This document shows, in pieces, positions 1-10,104 of a DNA stretch of 64,000 nt. The DNA is taken from IMG/VR virus record IMGVR_UViG_3300010396_000006, positions 32,001 to 96,000 of that record; one strand, given 5' to 3'. The notes under the pieces were generated by a model, which was not told the origin of the DNA, did not search any database, and saw nothing but the letters and a program-made list of their open reading frames with translations. Source of the stretch: a virus. Within the stretch, counting starts at the first letter, position 1; each line of letters starts with the position of its first letter. The position numbers and the translations under genes are program-made.

Positions 1-2
1 GG

Positions 3-944
3 CCTGGCTGGTGTGTCGCATGTAACGACTTGAAACGACGATGGGGGTCAGGGAATGCGGATATTGAAATCGAATACTCATCTGAAGCCGCTCCCACTGG
101 ACCTACAGGTTCCTATCCTCAAATTCGTTTTGAGGATGATCATGGGAAATGGACATGGCCAGCCGTTCGAACGAACGAAGGAATTGCCTATCAGACGATC
201 ACTGATTTGAACGCATTGGTGCGAAAGATCGACGCCAATACGACGCGATACAATCGCAGTTATGAGGCATCAGGAGTCGCCGGGAAGATTCATGCCGCCG
301 ACAAGATCCGACAGGGCCAGCAGTATTTCCGACAGTACATCGGCGAAGGAAATTCCGTCTCGATCCTATGGAATCACAGCCAAGGCAAAGTAAACCTTCT
401 GGCCAAGTCGATGCCACAACTCAGGGAGATCATTGGCACGACGGGACGATTGCAGGTCAACTCGCCACGAGCGATCGGCTTACCGGTGAAAGAAATGGCT
501 CTCAACTATCAGTTGATAGGCAAAGATGTGAAGCTGAACATGGAACCGTTCACGGTTCTCGGATTGGTCGACAAAATCAGTCTCGACCAGTCGAACGTTG
601 TCAGGGATGAAACGCAAGTCGTTGGCAGTGGAGCAACGCCAGTTGGGATCATCGGCATTGATGATGCGTTGTTGCTGTACAACATTATCGCGATGTGTCG
701 TGATATCTTCGCGTTGCTTCATCCGAGCGCTGATTTGATGTTGCCAGATGAAATTGCGATGACAATCACTCTCAATGGCGATACATTCACGGTCGATTGT
801 GACAAGCCGATTAGTGCGAAACTCACTTGGCTGTTCAGCATGACGCTCGTAGTTCACAAAGTCACGGTCAGTCCATCAAATGTGCATCTTGACTTTGGAA
901 ATAGCAGCTACTGGGTCAAATCCAGGGATTTTTCAGTCGATTGA
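3..944 (+). CDS. 5'-truncated protein with thioredoxin-like CxxC motif
   Basis: Frame of ORF 30..944 is open to the window edge and reads PGWCVACNDLK; downstream SYPQIRF resembles the cis-Pro strand. Confidence 0.55.
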   Translation, partial: PGWCVACNDLKRRWGSGNADIEIEYSSEAAPTGPTGSYPQIRFEDDHGKWTWPAVRTNEGIAYQTITDLNALVRKIDANTTRYNRSYEASGVAGKIHAADKIRQGQQYFRQYIGEGNSVSILWNHSQGKVNLLAKSMPQLREIIGTTGRLQVNSPRAIGLPVKEMALNYQLIGKDVKLNMEPFTVLGLVDKISLDQSNVVRDETQVVGSGATPVGIIGIDDALLLYNIIAMCRDIFALLHPSADLMLPDEIAMTITLNGDTFTVDCDKPISAKLTWLFSMTLVVHKVTVSPSNVHLDFGNSSYWVKSRDFSVD

Positions 945-1657
945 AAATGGAACGTAGAAAATTCAAGGTGATCAATGGAATCAGAGTCGACGATCAATTC
1001 GTCGGATTCCGTAAAGGAAAGATCACTCTGCATGGCCATCGATTCAGGATTGGGAAAGAGACGTTCGTAGTCGCCGAATGTGACTGTGGAAATGCAAATG
1101 TTGTGTATTCCGTGACGATCACTCAGGCAAGAATCAAGGCCACATCTTGCGGCTGTGCGAAAATCGAGTTCCATCGTAAACGGCTCACGAAACATAGCAA
1201 CGCAATCAAAAATCATCGAACGCCAGAGTATCGAGCATGGGAATCACTTCAGCGACGTTGCTATGTGAAATCCGACAGTGCATACAAATACTACGGCAAG
1301 CGCGGAATTCGCGTGTTCTCTAAATGGCGAGGCAATGGAGGATTCCAGCGGTTTCTCGCCCATATTGGACCAAAGCCAAGCCATCGTCATTCCATCGATC
1401 GCATTGATGGGGAAAAAGGATACGAACCGGGCAATGTCAGATGGGCTGATCGTGTCACTCAATCGCAAAATCGTTCATGCGTAAAAAAGCTGAAATTTTA
1501 CGGGGAGACAAAAACGATTCGTGAATGGTCGGAAATTTCAGGAATTCCTACTTCCACGATAAGACGACGTCTTTTGAGCAATTGGCCGGAAAAACAAGCA
1601 GTTTGGGCTCCAATTTCTGACACTGGCTGTACTCGCTTGAAGGATGTCATTTACTGA
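941..1657 (+). CDS. HNH-type (homing) endonuclease-like phage protein
   Basis: CDCG, TPEYRAW..RC, YGKRGIRV, F..HIGPKPS..SIDRID...YEPGNVRWA...Q..NR, plus a C-terminal HTH-like segment. Confidence 0.8.
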   Translation: MKMERRKFKVINGIRVDDQFVGFRKGKITLHGHRFRIGKETFVVAECDCGNANVVYSVTITQARIKATSCGCAKIEFHRKRLTKHSNAIKNHRTPEYRAWESLQRRCYVKSDSAYKYYGKRGIRVFSKWRGNGGFQRFLAHIGPKPSHRHSIDRIDGEKGYEPGNVRWADRVTQSQNRSCVKKLKFYGETKTIREWSEISGIPTSTIRRRLLSNWPEKQAVWAPISDTGCTRLKDVIY

Positions 1658-1724
1658 CATTGCGGCTTTCCTGTAGACTGATCTCGTTCGCGTTCTGCTC
1701 GTTCCCTTTCAGGACTCTCAAATC

Positions 1725-2276
1725 ATGGACTCAATTAATCGACGTGGAATTCTCGGAGTCATCATCGCGGCTCTGTTTGCTCCGCTTGTGAAGATCGCAT
1801 CGGCCTCAACCGTCGCCAAGCCAAAGCGAAAACTCAAAATTACCTATGAGAAAATTGCGGATGGCGGATGGCTTGGGAAAGTTGTCGGGTCAGAAAAAGA
1901 TCTGATCGCGTTTTATGAGGCATGGAAAACCTCAATGTGGCCTGAGTGGAGAACGGACGCCTCGGATCACGGACGTAATGAATACGAGAAATACAAATCG
2001 CAAATCGCCGAAGGATTGTGTGGACTGTTCTGGCTCGGCTTTAAATCGGAGGACTGGCTTGTCAGATCGTTTGGCGATGCCGTTGAATCCTGTTGGGATA
2101 GATGCGATAGCGTTGAACCGATGCCGGACGAAGTCTGCCGTCGTCATGGTATTTCACGAGCTACCGGAACTAGGACCTGCGGATTAATGTCGTATTGGAC
2201 AGACGAGACGGAACTTCTGAAAGAATGGCGAGTGATTGAAAAGGTTCGCCACGGTAAAAATCAGGCCAATTGTTAA
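1725..2276 (+). CDS. Hypothetical protein with twin-Arg-like hydrophobic leader
   Basis: AGGA RBS; NRRGILGVIIAALFAPLV leader. Confidence 0.7.
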   Translation: MDSINRRGILGVIIAALFAPLVKIASASTVAKPKRKLKITYEKIADGGWLGKVVGSEKDLIAFYEAWKTSMWPEWRTDASDHGRNEYEKYKSQIAEGLCGLFWLGFKSEDWLVRSFGDAVESCWDRCDSVEPMPDEVCRRHGISRATGTRTCGLMSYWTDETELLKEWRVIEKVRHGKNQANC

Positions 2277-2635
2277 TCAAGATCTGGACTGCAATCAACC
2301 AATCTGCTCAAATCCCGTTCATCAGGAGCGACTTCTGCAAAGTCTTTCAATCTGATCAGGAAAAACCTGACGAATAGGCTATCCCGTTCAGTTGCAAGAA
2401 ATGTGGAAAACCACGTAGCCTTTTTGCGTGGCGTCGACTCAGTCTTTCATTGATTTTGGAACGATCGATGCCCAATCCATTCCTAGACGTTGTTTCACGC
2501 AAACGCGAGGGTATCATGGCATCACACGTTCTGAATTCGTTTACCGACTCCCATGAATGGACGTTCCGTCATCAAACAGCCGCGGTCAAGCCGGTTCGGC
2601 GGAATCACCACAACGTAATTCACAACAGGGATTTC

Positions 2636-3079
2636 ATGATGAAAGCCTGCCTCTTGCTCGTGGTGTTGCTCGCAACCGATGCGAGTGCCGTAACAGCCGC
2701 AATCGAGACCCGCGATACAATGTGGTCTGATTTAGCGGCTGCCTCATTCGGCGGCACGATGGGTGTGCTGGTTGGCATTTCTCAATATCGTGGTTCGTGG
2801 CGTCCGCAAGATCTCCCCGGACTCGGCCAGGAACTGATGGGAAACTTCTGCTTGGCAATCGTCGGCGGCATCTGGCTGGCTCGGTTGCTGGCTCCTTGGT
2901 TCTTGCAAAAGGCTGATGTCTATTGGATCTGGGCAACGTCTGCGGCCATGTGCATCGGCGGCATGATTGTCGTGAAGACGGTGATTCAGTATCTGCCTGA
3001 ATGGGTATTGGGGGCCATGAACATCAATCGAAAGCCGGCGGTTCCTGTCGTGCCGGAGATGCCCAAAAGTGACGTTTGA
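2636..3079 (+). CDS. Multi-pass membrane protein, holin-like
   Basis: 3-4 hydrophobic helices and a charged C-terminus; RBS before ATG 2636. Confidence 0.5.
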   Translation: MMKACLLLVVLLATDASAVTAAIETRDTMWSDLAAASFGGTMGVLVGISQYRGSWRPQDLPGLGQELMGNFCLAIVGGIWLARLLAPWFLQKADVYWIWATSAAMCIGGMIVVKTVIQYLPEWVLGAMNINRKPAVPVVPEMPKSDV

Positions 3080-3177
3080 TGGATGATCTTCCATTCGCCG
3101 TGAAGCTGATTTTGTGCTGTCTTGCGGGGATGGCTGGCGGTGCTTTGATGATTGCGATCTTCGGTGATCGGTTGTAA
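3079..3177 (+). CDS. 32-aa single-TM protein (not in ORF track)
   Basis: TGATG overlap with upstream gene; MDDLPFAVKLILCCLAGMAGGALMIAIFGDRL. Confidence 0.5.
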   Translation: MDDLPFAVKLILCCLAGMAGGALMIAIFGDRL

Positions 3178-3253
3178 ACAGATTGCCGTTAAACATTTGA
3201 TGCGATAAACTCGCCCGTGAACGGATTCCACTCCCTCACGGGCGAGTTGCATT

Positions 3254-6200
3254 ATGACTGGCGTAACGGCTCCCGATCGTTTCAATGGTGGCGAAGAGGT
3301 CCTATTTCCGCCAGATCAAGGGACTGTCGGTCAAGCGATGGTATCGCTTGGGAATGGCCAATCCGCTTGGCAAGACGTTGGAACTGTCCGATCTGTGGCA
3401 GTCGCCACGGCCAACGGATTCACCGGAGTCTCCAGCGGCGGACCTAATCCCGTTCTGACGCTAACCTATCAACTGACGGCTCCCGGACCGTCAACGCTGG
3501 GCGGCGTGAACTCGATTGCGGCCGTGTCCCATCAGTGGATCAGTTCGATCACCACTGCCGGCCAGCCGATTCTGACTCAGCCCGCCTTTGCGGATATCGC
3601 TGGGCTGGGGTCCATGGCGCAGCAAAGTGCCGCATCGGTGGCCATCACGGGCGGTTCGATCACTGGAATGCCATCGCCAGTGAACGCCAGCGATGTTGTG
3701 ACAAAAGCTTATTGCGATGCGATGACGTCCAATCTCTCGCAGAAAAACGCCTGTCTGGTGGCGACGACAGCACAACTGACAGCAACCTACAACAATGGTT
3801 CCAGTGGTGTCGGGGCGACACTGACGAATTCTGGATCTCAGGCCGCATTGTCGATTGACAGTGTTGTGTTGCCATTGAATGCCCGAGTGCTGGTAAAAGA
3901 TCAAACCAGCAATACATTCCAAAACGGTATCTTTTCGCTCACGAACCAAGGCAGTGGTTCAACGAACTGGGTATTGACGCGAACATCTGATTTTGACGGG
4001 TCCATCGGACCAAATGGAGGAATCACCGCTGGTTCGTATACGGTGATTCAATCAGGATCAGTCAACGCCGGTACGCTCTGGGTTGAGACAGGCGAAGGGC
4101 CATTTACGGTCGGTACGACGCCAATCCTATTTACGAAATTGTCAGCGGCGAGCCAGACTCTAACGCTCACTGGCGATGTGACCGGAACCGGCGCAGCATC
4201 GATTGCAGTGACAGTCACTCAGATCAATGGGGTGGCATTGGGCAATACGGCAGCGACGGCCGGTCATCTGCTGATTGGGAGTGGCACGAATTGGGCCTCC
4301 CAGACGGTTGGCGGCGACGGAACATTGAACAGTTCCGGTTCGCTGACAATCACAAAAACCAATGGCGTCAATTTCACGAGTGCAGCAACGACGGCCATCG
4401 GCACAAGCGGGGCAACAATTCCGCTTCTCAATGCTGAAAATACATGGTCGGCCCAACAGGATTACACAACCGGCGTATCGTTGACGTCCGGTCATGCGTT
4501 GCTGCTGAACGGATCAGCCGACCAGAACTGGCGGCTTGGTCTCGGCATCAATGCCTATACCGTCACGACAGTCGGATCAACAACGTCGATTCAGGTTGTT
4601 TATGGATCAGGATCAAGCGGACCCGATGGAATGGCATTTGGTCCCACGGGCGGATCGTCAACGCTGGAACTTCGTGGTGATGACAATTCGGCCTACTTCC
4701 GCGGTCCGGTTCGGATGGCGAATTATTCGACCGGAGTTGCTCAGTTCGATGGATCAGGCAATCTGAGCAGCGGTCCCTATGCGGCATCCGCAGCGACATT
4801 ACTGGGATCTGTTCTGAATTCCACGGTTGTCACATCGTCGCTGACATCGGTCGGAACGATCGGAACGGGAACTTGGCAGGGCAGTGTTGTCGCCGGTCAA
4901 TACGGGGGAACCGGCGTTGCAAATACCGGACTCACGCTGACTTTGAGCGCCAACAATGCCGTTTCCTCCTGGGCAATCACCGGCAACGCTGTTGCGTCTG
5001 TCTCACCGATCCAAATCACGGGAACAATCTTCTCTGGGACGAATGCCGTCCCCTACATGCTGATCTCGCCCACGGGGACGACACTGACGTTTCCGTGGAG
5101 TTCGCTCGGAACGATGCTGGCGGCAAATCTCAGTGCAGGATTTGTCGGCGATTACCTAAATCTCCGACGTAGCGGTCAAACATCTCCAGATTTCATTTTT
5201 AGCAGTACGGGAGCAATTACCTACGGTGGAAATCTGGTCTCGAAAGTGCCGTTCAATCAATTCAACGATAGCGTTGGCCTGGGCGTTCTCTCATTCGATG
5301 CCAATTATGTCTGGGGATTTAGGAACTCAACGCTCGGACCTAATGAACTCCGGGTCTATGGAACCTATTCGAATGGGGCGAACTACGAACGTCTGGTCAT
5401 TCGCACGGCGGCAGGGACGCATACGATCGGAACCGAGAATGCTGGAACCGGCGTTGCTCGCGCTCTGAACATCGAGACAGCCGGCACGACAGCCATCGCA
5501 ATCGATACTTCGCAAAATGTGTCTGTCTCATCTCTGACGGCCTCTCGCCCAGTCGGAACTGATGGATCGAAGAATCTCGTCAGCTTGACAATCACGGGGA
5601 CTGGGGCCGCCGTCCTGTCTACGGGACCAACGCTCACAAATCCCATCGTTGGAACCCAATCACCCGGAGACAATTCTACCAAAGCGGCGTCTACGGCTTA
5701 CGTCGCGACGGCCGTCTCAAATGCGGCCTACACGTTGCCAATCGCAAGTACATCGATTCTGGGCGGCGTGAAAGTCGATGGCACGACGATCACGATTAAT
5801 GGCAGCGGGGTAATCAGTTCGACTGGAGGCGGTTCAGGAACGGTTACAACGATCTCCGTGACGGCCAATAATGGAATCACGCAATCTGTCTCGAATCCGA
5901 CCACGACACCAAACATCACGCTCGGACTCGGCAATATCACTCCGACGTCGGTCTCAACCGGAACAGTGACGCTCACAGGGACATTGGCGCTCAAGAACGG
6001 TTCGAATGCCAATATCCTGAATCTGCAAGCCGGAGTAACGGCCAGCACCATCACATTCACACTGCCAACGGCCGATGGAACGGTCGGCCAAACTCTCATC
6101 ACAGACGGTTCACAGAATTGGTCATTTGGAACTCTCTCAGTGGCTGGCGGCGGAACAGGGGCCATGACACTGACGGGATTGGTGAAAGGCAACGGAACTT

Positions 6201-8449
6201 CCGCGTTCACATCCGCCACGGCGGGAACCGACTATTCCGCCGGAACGAGCGGATTAACAACTGGGATTCTGAAAAGCACAACATCAACAGGGGTCTTGTC
6301 GATCGCGACGGCTGGTGATTTTCCGACGCTCAATCAGAATACAAGCGGACAAGCGGGAACCGTTGCGACGATTTCCGGTCTGATCGTTCAAGGCTCGAAT
6401 ATCATGATTACCGGGTCTGGCACATCCGGCAGTCCGTATTCCATTGCGGCAAGTGGAAGCGCGAATCCGACGTTCGATACTTTGACGAGCGGGACGAACA
6501 CAACAGCGGCAATGCTGGTTGGGACTGGTGCAAGCCTCGGCACGACCGGAACAGGAACGATCGCTGCGACAACAGTTGTCACGAATGCCAATCTCTCGGG
6601 AGTGGTCACAAGCGTCGGCAATACAACCTCGTTTGGATCGTTCACGTCAGCAACACTTGCAGCCGCTTTGAGCGATGAGACGGGAACGGGAGCGGCGGTC
6701 TTCGCGACATCCCCTACGCTGGTCACTCCAATCCTGGGGACGCCGACATCCGGCAATCTAGCCAACTGCACATTTCCGACACTGAATCAGAATACAACTG
6801 GTAATGCTGCGACGGTCACAACGAATGCAAATCTTTCGGGTGTCGTGACGAGTGTTGGCAATACGACATCATTCGGATCATTCATATCTGGGACATTGCG
6901 AGCGGCAATCACGGATTCGACTGGGACTGGCGCTGCGGTATTCGGGACATCACCAGCATTAAGCGGGACAGTTCTTCTCAGTTCTCAAGTAAAATTCAGT
7001 AGTCCTGCCAGTGGCGTGTTAATGCTCGCCAACTTTGCTGCAACAGGATTCACGGGAATTCAATATGGATCGGCAACAGCCGCTAATACGGCTGGATCGA
7101 ACGTCACTGAAACCGCCAGCTTGAGTACAGGAACCGGGGTTGCTGGAACGCTGGGCGTTGTGACGGGATTCGCAGGTGTCTCACAAGCCACGACAGTGAC
7201 AGTGACGATTGCAAATCCAGCGGTATTCTCTCTGACGGCCCACGGATTCGTTCCCGGTTCATCATTCACATTGACGACGACGGGAGCATTGCCAACCGGA
7301 TTGGCGACGGCCACAACGTACTATGTCATCGCGACTGGATTAACAGCGAATGCATTCCAAGCTTCTGCCACTCCAGCCGGTTCAGCAATCGTTACGACAG
7401 GATCTCAGTCGGGAACGCATACGCTGACATCGACGACAACTGTCCAGAATCCCGGTGCAACAATCGCGACATGGGGTCCATCAGCCAATACAGGTTCCCA
7501 AGCAATCAACTTGCTGAATCTTGCTCAAGTCTGGAATACCTCGTCATCCGTGACGGCCATCCTGATGAATATCACGATGGTCGCTGCTGGCGGTTCCAGT
7601 AATCTGATGGATCTGCAAGTCGGCGGTTCGTCAATGTTCAAAGTATCGACCGGCGGTAATATCACTAGTCTTGCGCTGACAACCAATACTTGGAATAACT
7701 CGAACGGGACTGTCTCGATCTGGCAAGGAGCAGCGAGTTCTAACAACGCAACATTCATGGTTGCTGCGACGACTCCGATCATGCGATGGGCTACATCGAC
7801 ATCGGCATCGTTCGGAATTAAGCGATCTGGAACGACGGCGGCGTTCCGTCTTGCTGACGACTCGGCTGATGCTCCAATTACAGCCGCGGCAGCAACCTTT
7901 AGCGGAACTGTCAATAATACGACCCTGACCGCATCCAATATCGTGATGACGGATGGATCGAAGAATCTCACCAGTCTCGCCACGTTGACAGTCAGCAATG
8001 GGGGGACCGGCGTTGCGACACTGACAGGGATTGTCAAAGGGAATGGAACGAGTGCATTCTCGGCAGCGACGGCTGGAACAGATTTTGTCGCACCGGGTAC
8101 TGTTACGGCTTTCACGGCTCAGCAGTATTTCGCTGAACAAACTCTGATCGATGCCTCGACCATCACATGGAATGCGAACACGCAACAGGCGGCATTCGTG
8201 CTACTGACGAGTGCTGTCGGATCAACCCGTGTACTGGGCTTCCCGTCAAATATTCAAGCGGGAGCAACTTACACGATTGTCATCAAGCAAAGTTCCACCG
8301 GATCAAATGCGATCACTTATGGGGCCGGATATCTGTTTCCTGGCGGAACAGCTTTTGTTCTCAGTACAGCCAACAATGCGATTGATGTGCTGACATTCGT
8401 CTGTCATGGCAGCAATTTGCTCGGCGTTGGCCAAAAGGCATTCGCATAA
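3254..8449 (+). CDS. Long tail fibre / receptor-binding protein (1731 aa)
   Basis: T/G/S/A-rich beta repeats, RVLVKDQT...NGIF..W.LTR module, GGTG and YTLPIA..LGGVK fibre motifs, C-terminal Q.STG...LSTANNAIDVL domain. Confidence 0.85.
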   Translation: MTGVTAPDRFNGGEEVLFPPDQGTVGQAMVSLGNGQSAWQDVGTVRSVAVATANGFTGVSSGGPNPVLTLTYQLTAPGPSTLGGVNSIAAVSHQWISSITTAGQPILTQPAFADIAGLGSMAQQSAASVAITGGSITGMPSPVNASDVVTKAYCDAMTSNLSQKNACLVATTAQLTATYNNGSSGVGATLTNSGSQAALSIDSVVLPLNARVLVKDQTSNTFQNGIFSLTNQGSGSTNWVLTRTSDFDGSIGPNGGITAGSYTVIQSGSVNAGTLWVETGEGPFTVGTTPILFTKLSAASQTLTLTGDVTGTGAASIAVTVTQINGVALGNTAATAGHLLIGSGTNWASQTVGGDGTLNSSGSLTITKTNGVNFTSAATTAIGTSGATIPLLNAENTWSAQQDYTTGVSLTSGHALLLNGSADQNWRLGLGINAYTVTTVGSTTSIQVVYGSGSSGPDGMAFGPTGGSSTLELRGDDNSAYFRGPVRMANYSTGVAQFDGSGNLSSGPYAASAATLLGSVLNSTVVTSSLTSVGTIGTGTWQGSVVAGQYGGTGVANTGLTLTLSANNAVSSWAITGNAVASVSPIQITGTIFSGTNAVPYMLISPTGTTLTFPWSSLGTMLAANLSAGFVGDYLNLRRSGQTSPDFIFSSTGAITYGGNLVSKVPFNQFNDSVGLGVLSFDANYVWGFRNSTLGPNELRVYGTYSNGANYERLVIRTAAGTHTIGTENAGTGVARALNIETAGTTAIAIDTSQNVSVSSLTASRPVGTDGSKNLVSLTITGTGAAVLSTGPTLTNPIVGTQSPGDNSTKAASTAYVATAVSNAAYTLPIASTSILGGVKVDGTTITINGSGVISSTGGGSGTVTTISVTANNGITQSVSNPTTTPNITLGLGNITPTSVSTGTVTLTGTLALKNGSNANILNLQAGVTASTITFTLPTADGTVGQTLITDGSQNWSFGTLSVAGGGTGAMTLTGLVKGNGTSAFTSATAGTDYSAGTSGLTTGILKSTTSTGVLSIATAGDFPTLNQNTSGQAGTVATISGLIVQGSNIMITGSGTSGSPYSIAASGSANPTFDTLTSGTNTTAAMLVGTGASLGTTGTGTIAATTVVTNANLSGVVTSVGNTTSFGSFTSATLAAALSDETGTGAAVFATSPTLVTPILGTPTSGNLANCTFPTLNQNTTGNAATVTTNANLSGVVTSVGNTTSFGSFISGTLRAAITDSTGTGAAVFGTSPALSGTVLLSSQVKFSSPASGVLMLANFAATGFTGIQYGSATAANTAGSNVTETASLSTGTGVAGTLGVVTGFAGVSQATTVTVTIANPAVFSLTAHGFVPGSSFTLTTTGALPTGLATATTYYVIATGLTANAFQASATPAGSAIVTTGSQSGTHTLTSTTTVQNPGATIATWGPSANTGSQAINLLNLAQVWNTSSSVTAILMNITMVAAGGSSNLMDLQVGGSSMFKVSTGGNITSLALTTNTWNNSNGTVSIWQGAASSNNATFMVAATTPIMRWATSTSASFGIKRSGTTAAFRLADDSADAPITAAAATFSGTVNNTTLTASNIVMTDGSKNLTSLATLTVSNGGTGVATLTGIVKGNGTSAFSAATAGTDFVAPGTVTAFTAQQYFAEQTLIDASTITWNANTQQAAFVLLTSAVGSTRVLGFPSNIQAGATYTIVIKQSSTGSNAITYGAGYLFPGGTAFVLSTANNAIDVLTFVCHGSNLLGVGQKAFA

Positions 8450-9120
8450 TGTTTTCATTTCCCGTAGCTCATTGGTCCGCACCTGCTGCTACCGGTATCT
8501 CTTTCGGTCGAAATGCGACAGGGAGTATCACTGGGACAAACACCAACTATACGGTTGGATTCTCTGGGGGAGCTTCTGCTGCTGGAACATGGGTTGTTGC
8601 AGTAATTCAAGATGTGGATACTGGCCAAGCAACGATTTCCGGCGGTTCGGCCTGGACAAAGGCGGCTGGCGGACAAGATGTCGGGAGCGGATATTCGGCG
8701 AGATGTTATTACAAGAAATGCGGTGCGAGCGAGCCATCAACATACACAGTCACCTACGCCGGTTCATCAAAATCAGATGCGAATTGTGTCACCATCTTCG
8801 AGGTCCTGGGAGCCAATGCAACAAATCCTGACGACATCCAAGTAACGTCGAATACGGCAACGCCACATTCTGTCACGTCATCGGCTACCACTGACTGCGT
8901 TGTCTTGGTCGCCGCCGATTCACAAATGACCGGGGCCGGATTCACTCCTCCAACTGGATACACGGCTCAAGGAAATATTGAAGTGGCGAATGGGACAACA
9001 TTCCTACTGACAGCAATCGCCGCCAAACTGAATGTAGGAGCCGGAACGATTTCACCGGGAGCGTGGGGCAGTCCCGAGACGTCAGCCGACTTCCTTTGGA
9101 CGATCGCGTTTAAGTTATGA
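8449..9120 (+). CDS. Tail-fibre-associated beta-rich protein
   Basis: Overlaps the fibre stop codon; beta-sandwich-like composition. Confidence 0.6.
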   Translation: MFSFPVAHWSAPAATGISFGRNATGSITGTNTNYTVGFSGGASAAGTWVVAVIQDVDTGQATISGGSAWTKAAGGQDVGSGYSARCYYKKCGASEPSTYTVTYAGSSKSDANCVTIFEVLGANATNPDDIQVTSNTATPHSVTSSATTDCVVLVAADSQMTGAGFTPPTGYTAQGNIEVANGTTFLLTAIAAKLNVGAGTISPGAWGSPETSADFLWTIAFKL

Positions 9121-9683
9121 ATAACATTCAAGAAATCATCGCAGAACATCAGAAGTGGATTGCTGATCCATCAAAGGGAAAACGTGGCAAGTTGAAATGC
9201 TGCGACCTATCAGGGTTGGATCTATCGACAGTTGATGTCCGTGGAATTGATTTGTCTCATGCGGTCCTCGCCAATTGCAAGCTTCCGGCCAATTGTCGAT
9301 CGGTCAAGTTAGTTTGTGCCAGGGGACCGTTGTCTCTCAGCGGTCATGACATCTCGGGTGCAAATTTCGAAAAAATGGATTTGGAATCAATCGATCTGAT
9401 CGGTGCAATTTGGAACGCGACGATTATCAATCAAGTGTCGGGCTGGATCATTCGCGATGGATACTGGGCATTCGCAACCAACGCATTCGTACAAATCGGT
9501 TGCATGACAAAAACAATGGCCGAATGGGAAACGATCGGCGGAACTCGCGAGTCTTTGATGGTGTTGCACCAAGAACAATCAAACATCGATCTGGATTTAA
9601 CATGGTCATGGTGGGAAACTCACAAGAAAACGATTCGCGATTGGTACTCTTCTCAGATTGTCGATTCCAAAATATCTGGCTAG
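9117..9683 (+). CDS. Pentapeptide-repeat protein
   Basis: HQKW..GKR, CDLSG/LDLST/IDLSH/AVLAN repeats, QIGC...EW C-terminal motif. Confidence 0.75.
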   Translation: MNNIQEIIAEHQKWIADPSKGKRGKLKCCDLSGLDLSTVDVRGIDLSHAVLANCKLPANCRSVKLVCARGPLSLSGHDISGANFEKMDLESIDLIGAIWNATIINQVSGWIIRDGYWAFATNAFVQIGCMTKTMAEWETIGGTRESLMVLHQEQSNIDLDLTWSWWETHKKTIRDWYSSQIVDSKISG

Positions 9684-9731
9684 ACTGCCAGTCGCTTTGA
9701 GCCTCTCCATTCTTCACAAAGGGAATTTACT

Positions 9732-10103
9732 GTGGCAGAAAAAATTACTGTTGATTTCGGTGTGACCGCTCTGAACTTCGATGGGAAGCCATTGGACTTC
9801 CCGACCGGAACTCGGAACCCGCAAACCGGTCAGCCCGACGTTGAAAGCAAGACTCTAGCATGGTGGCTGGCCAATAATATTCTCGCTGGGAAAACTGACG
9901 GCCCGGCAATGACAATTCTTCCCTGGATGTTCCGCCTCGGGGAAGTGCCGCCAGCACCATTGGAATTGAGCGTTGCCGACTATGATTTGCTCGACAGCAT
10001 CGTCGATAAATCAGGAACCGCATTGCTGCTCCGTGGACAAGTTCAAAAACTCATGAGTGATGCCCGCGCCGCATCAAAGGCGGCTGAAGCCAAGAAAGAT
10101 TGA
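9732..10103 (+). CDS. Hypothetical protein, possible fibre assembly chaperone
   Basis: Position after the fibre module; small helical protein. Confidence 0.5.
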   Translation: MAEKITVDFGVTALNFDGKPLDFPTGTRNPQTGQPDVESKTLAWWLANNILAGKTDGPAMTILPWMFRLGEVPPAPLELSVADYDLLDSIVDKSGTALLLRGQVQKLMSDARAASKAAEAKKD

Positions 10104-10104
10104 C

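Noticed and set aside
2250-2635. Decayed Cys-rich ORF upstream of the holin-like gene
   Set aside because: Needs a frameshift and a stop to reconstruct; no recognisable homology
3254-9120. Diversity-generating retroelement target
   Set aside because: No reverse transcriptase and no repeat pair differing only at adenines was seen
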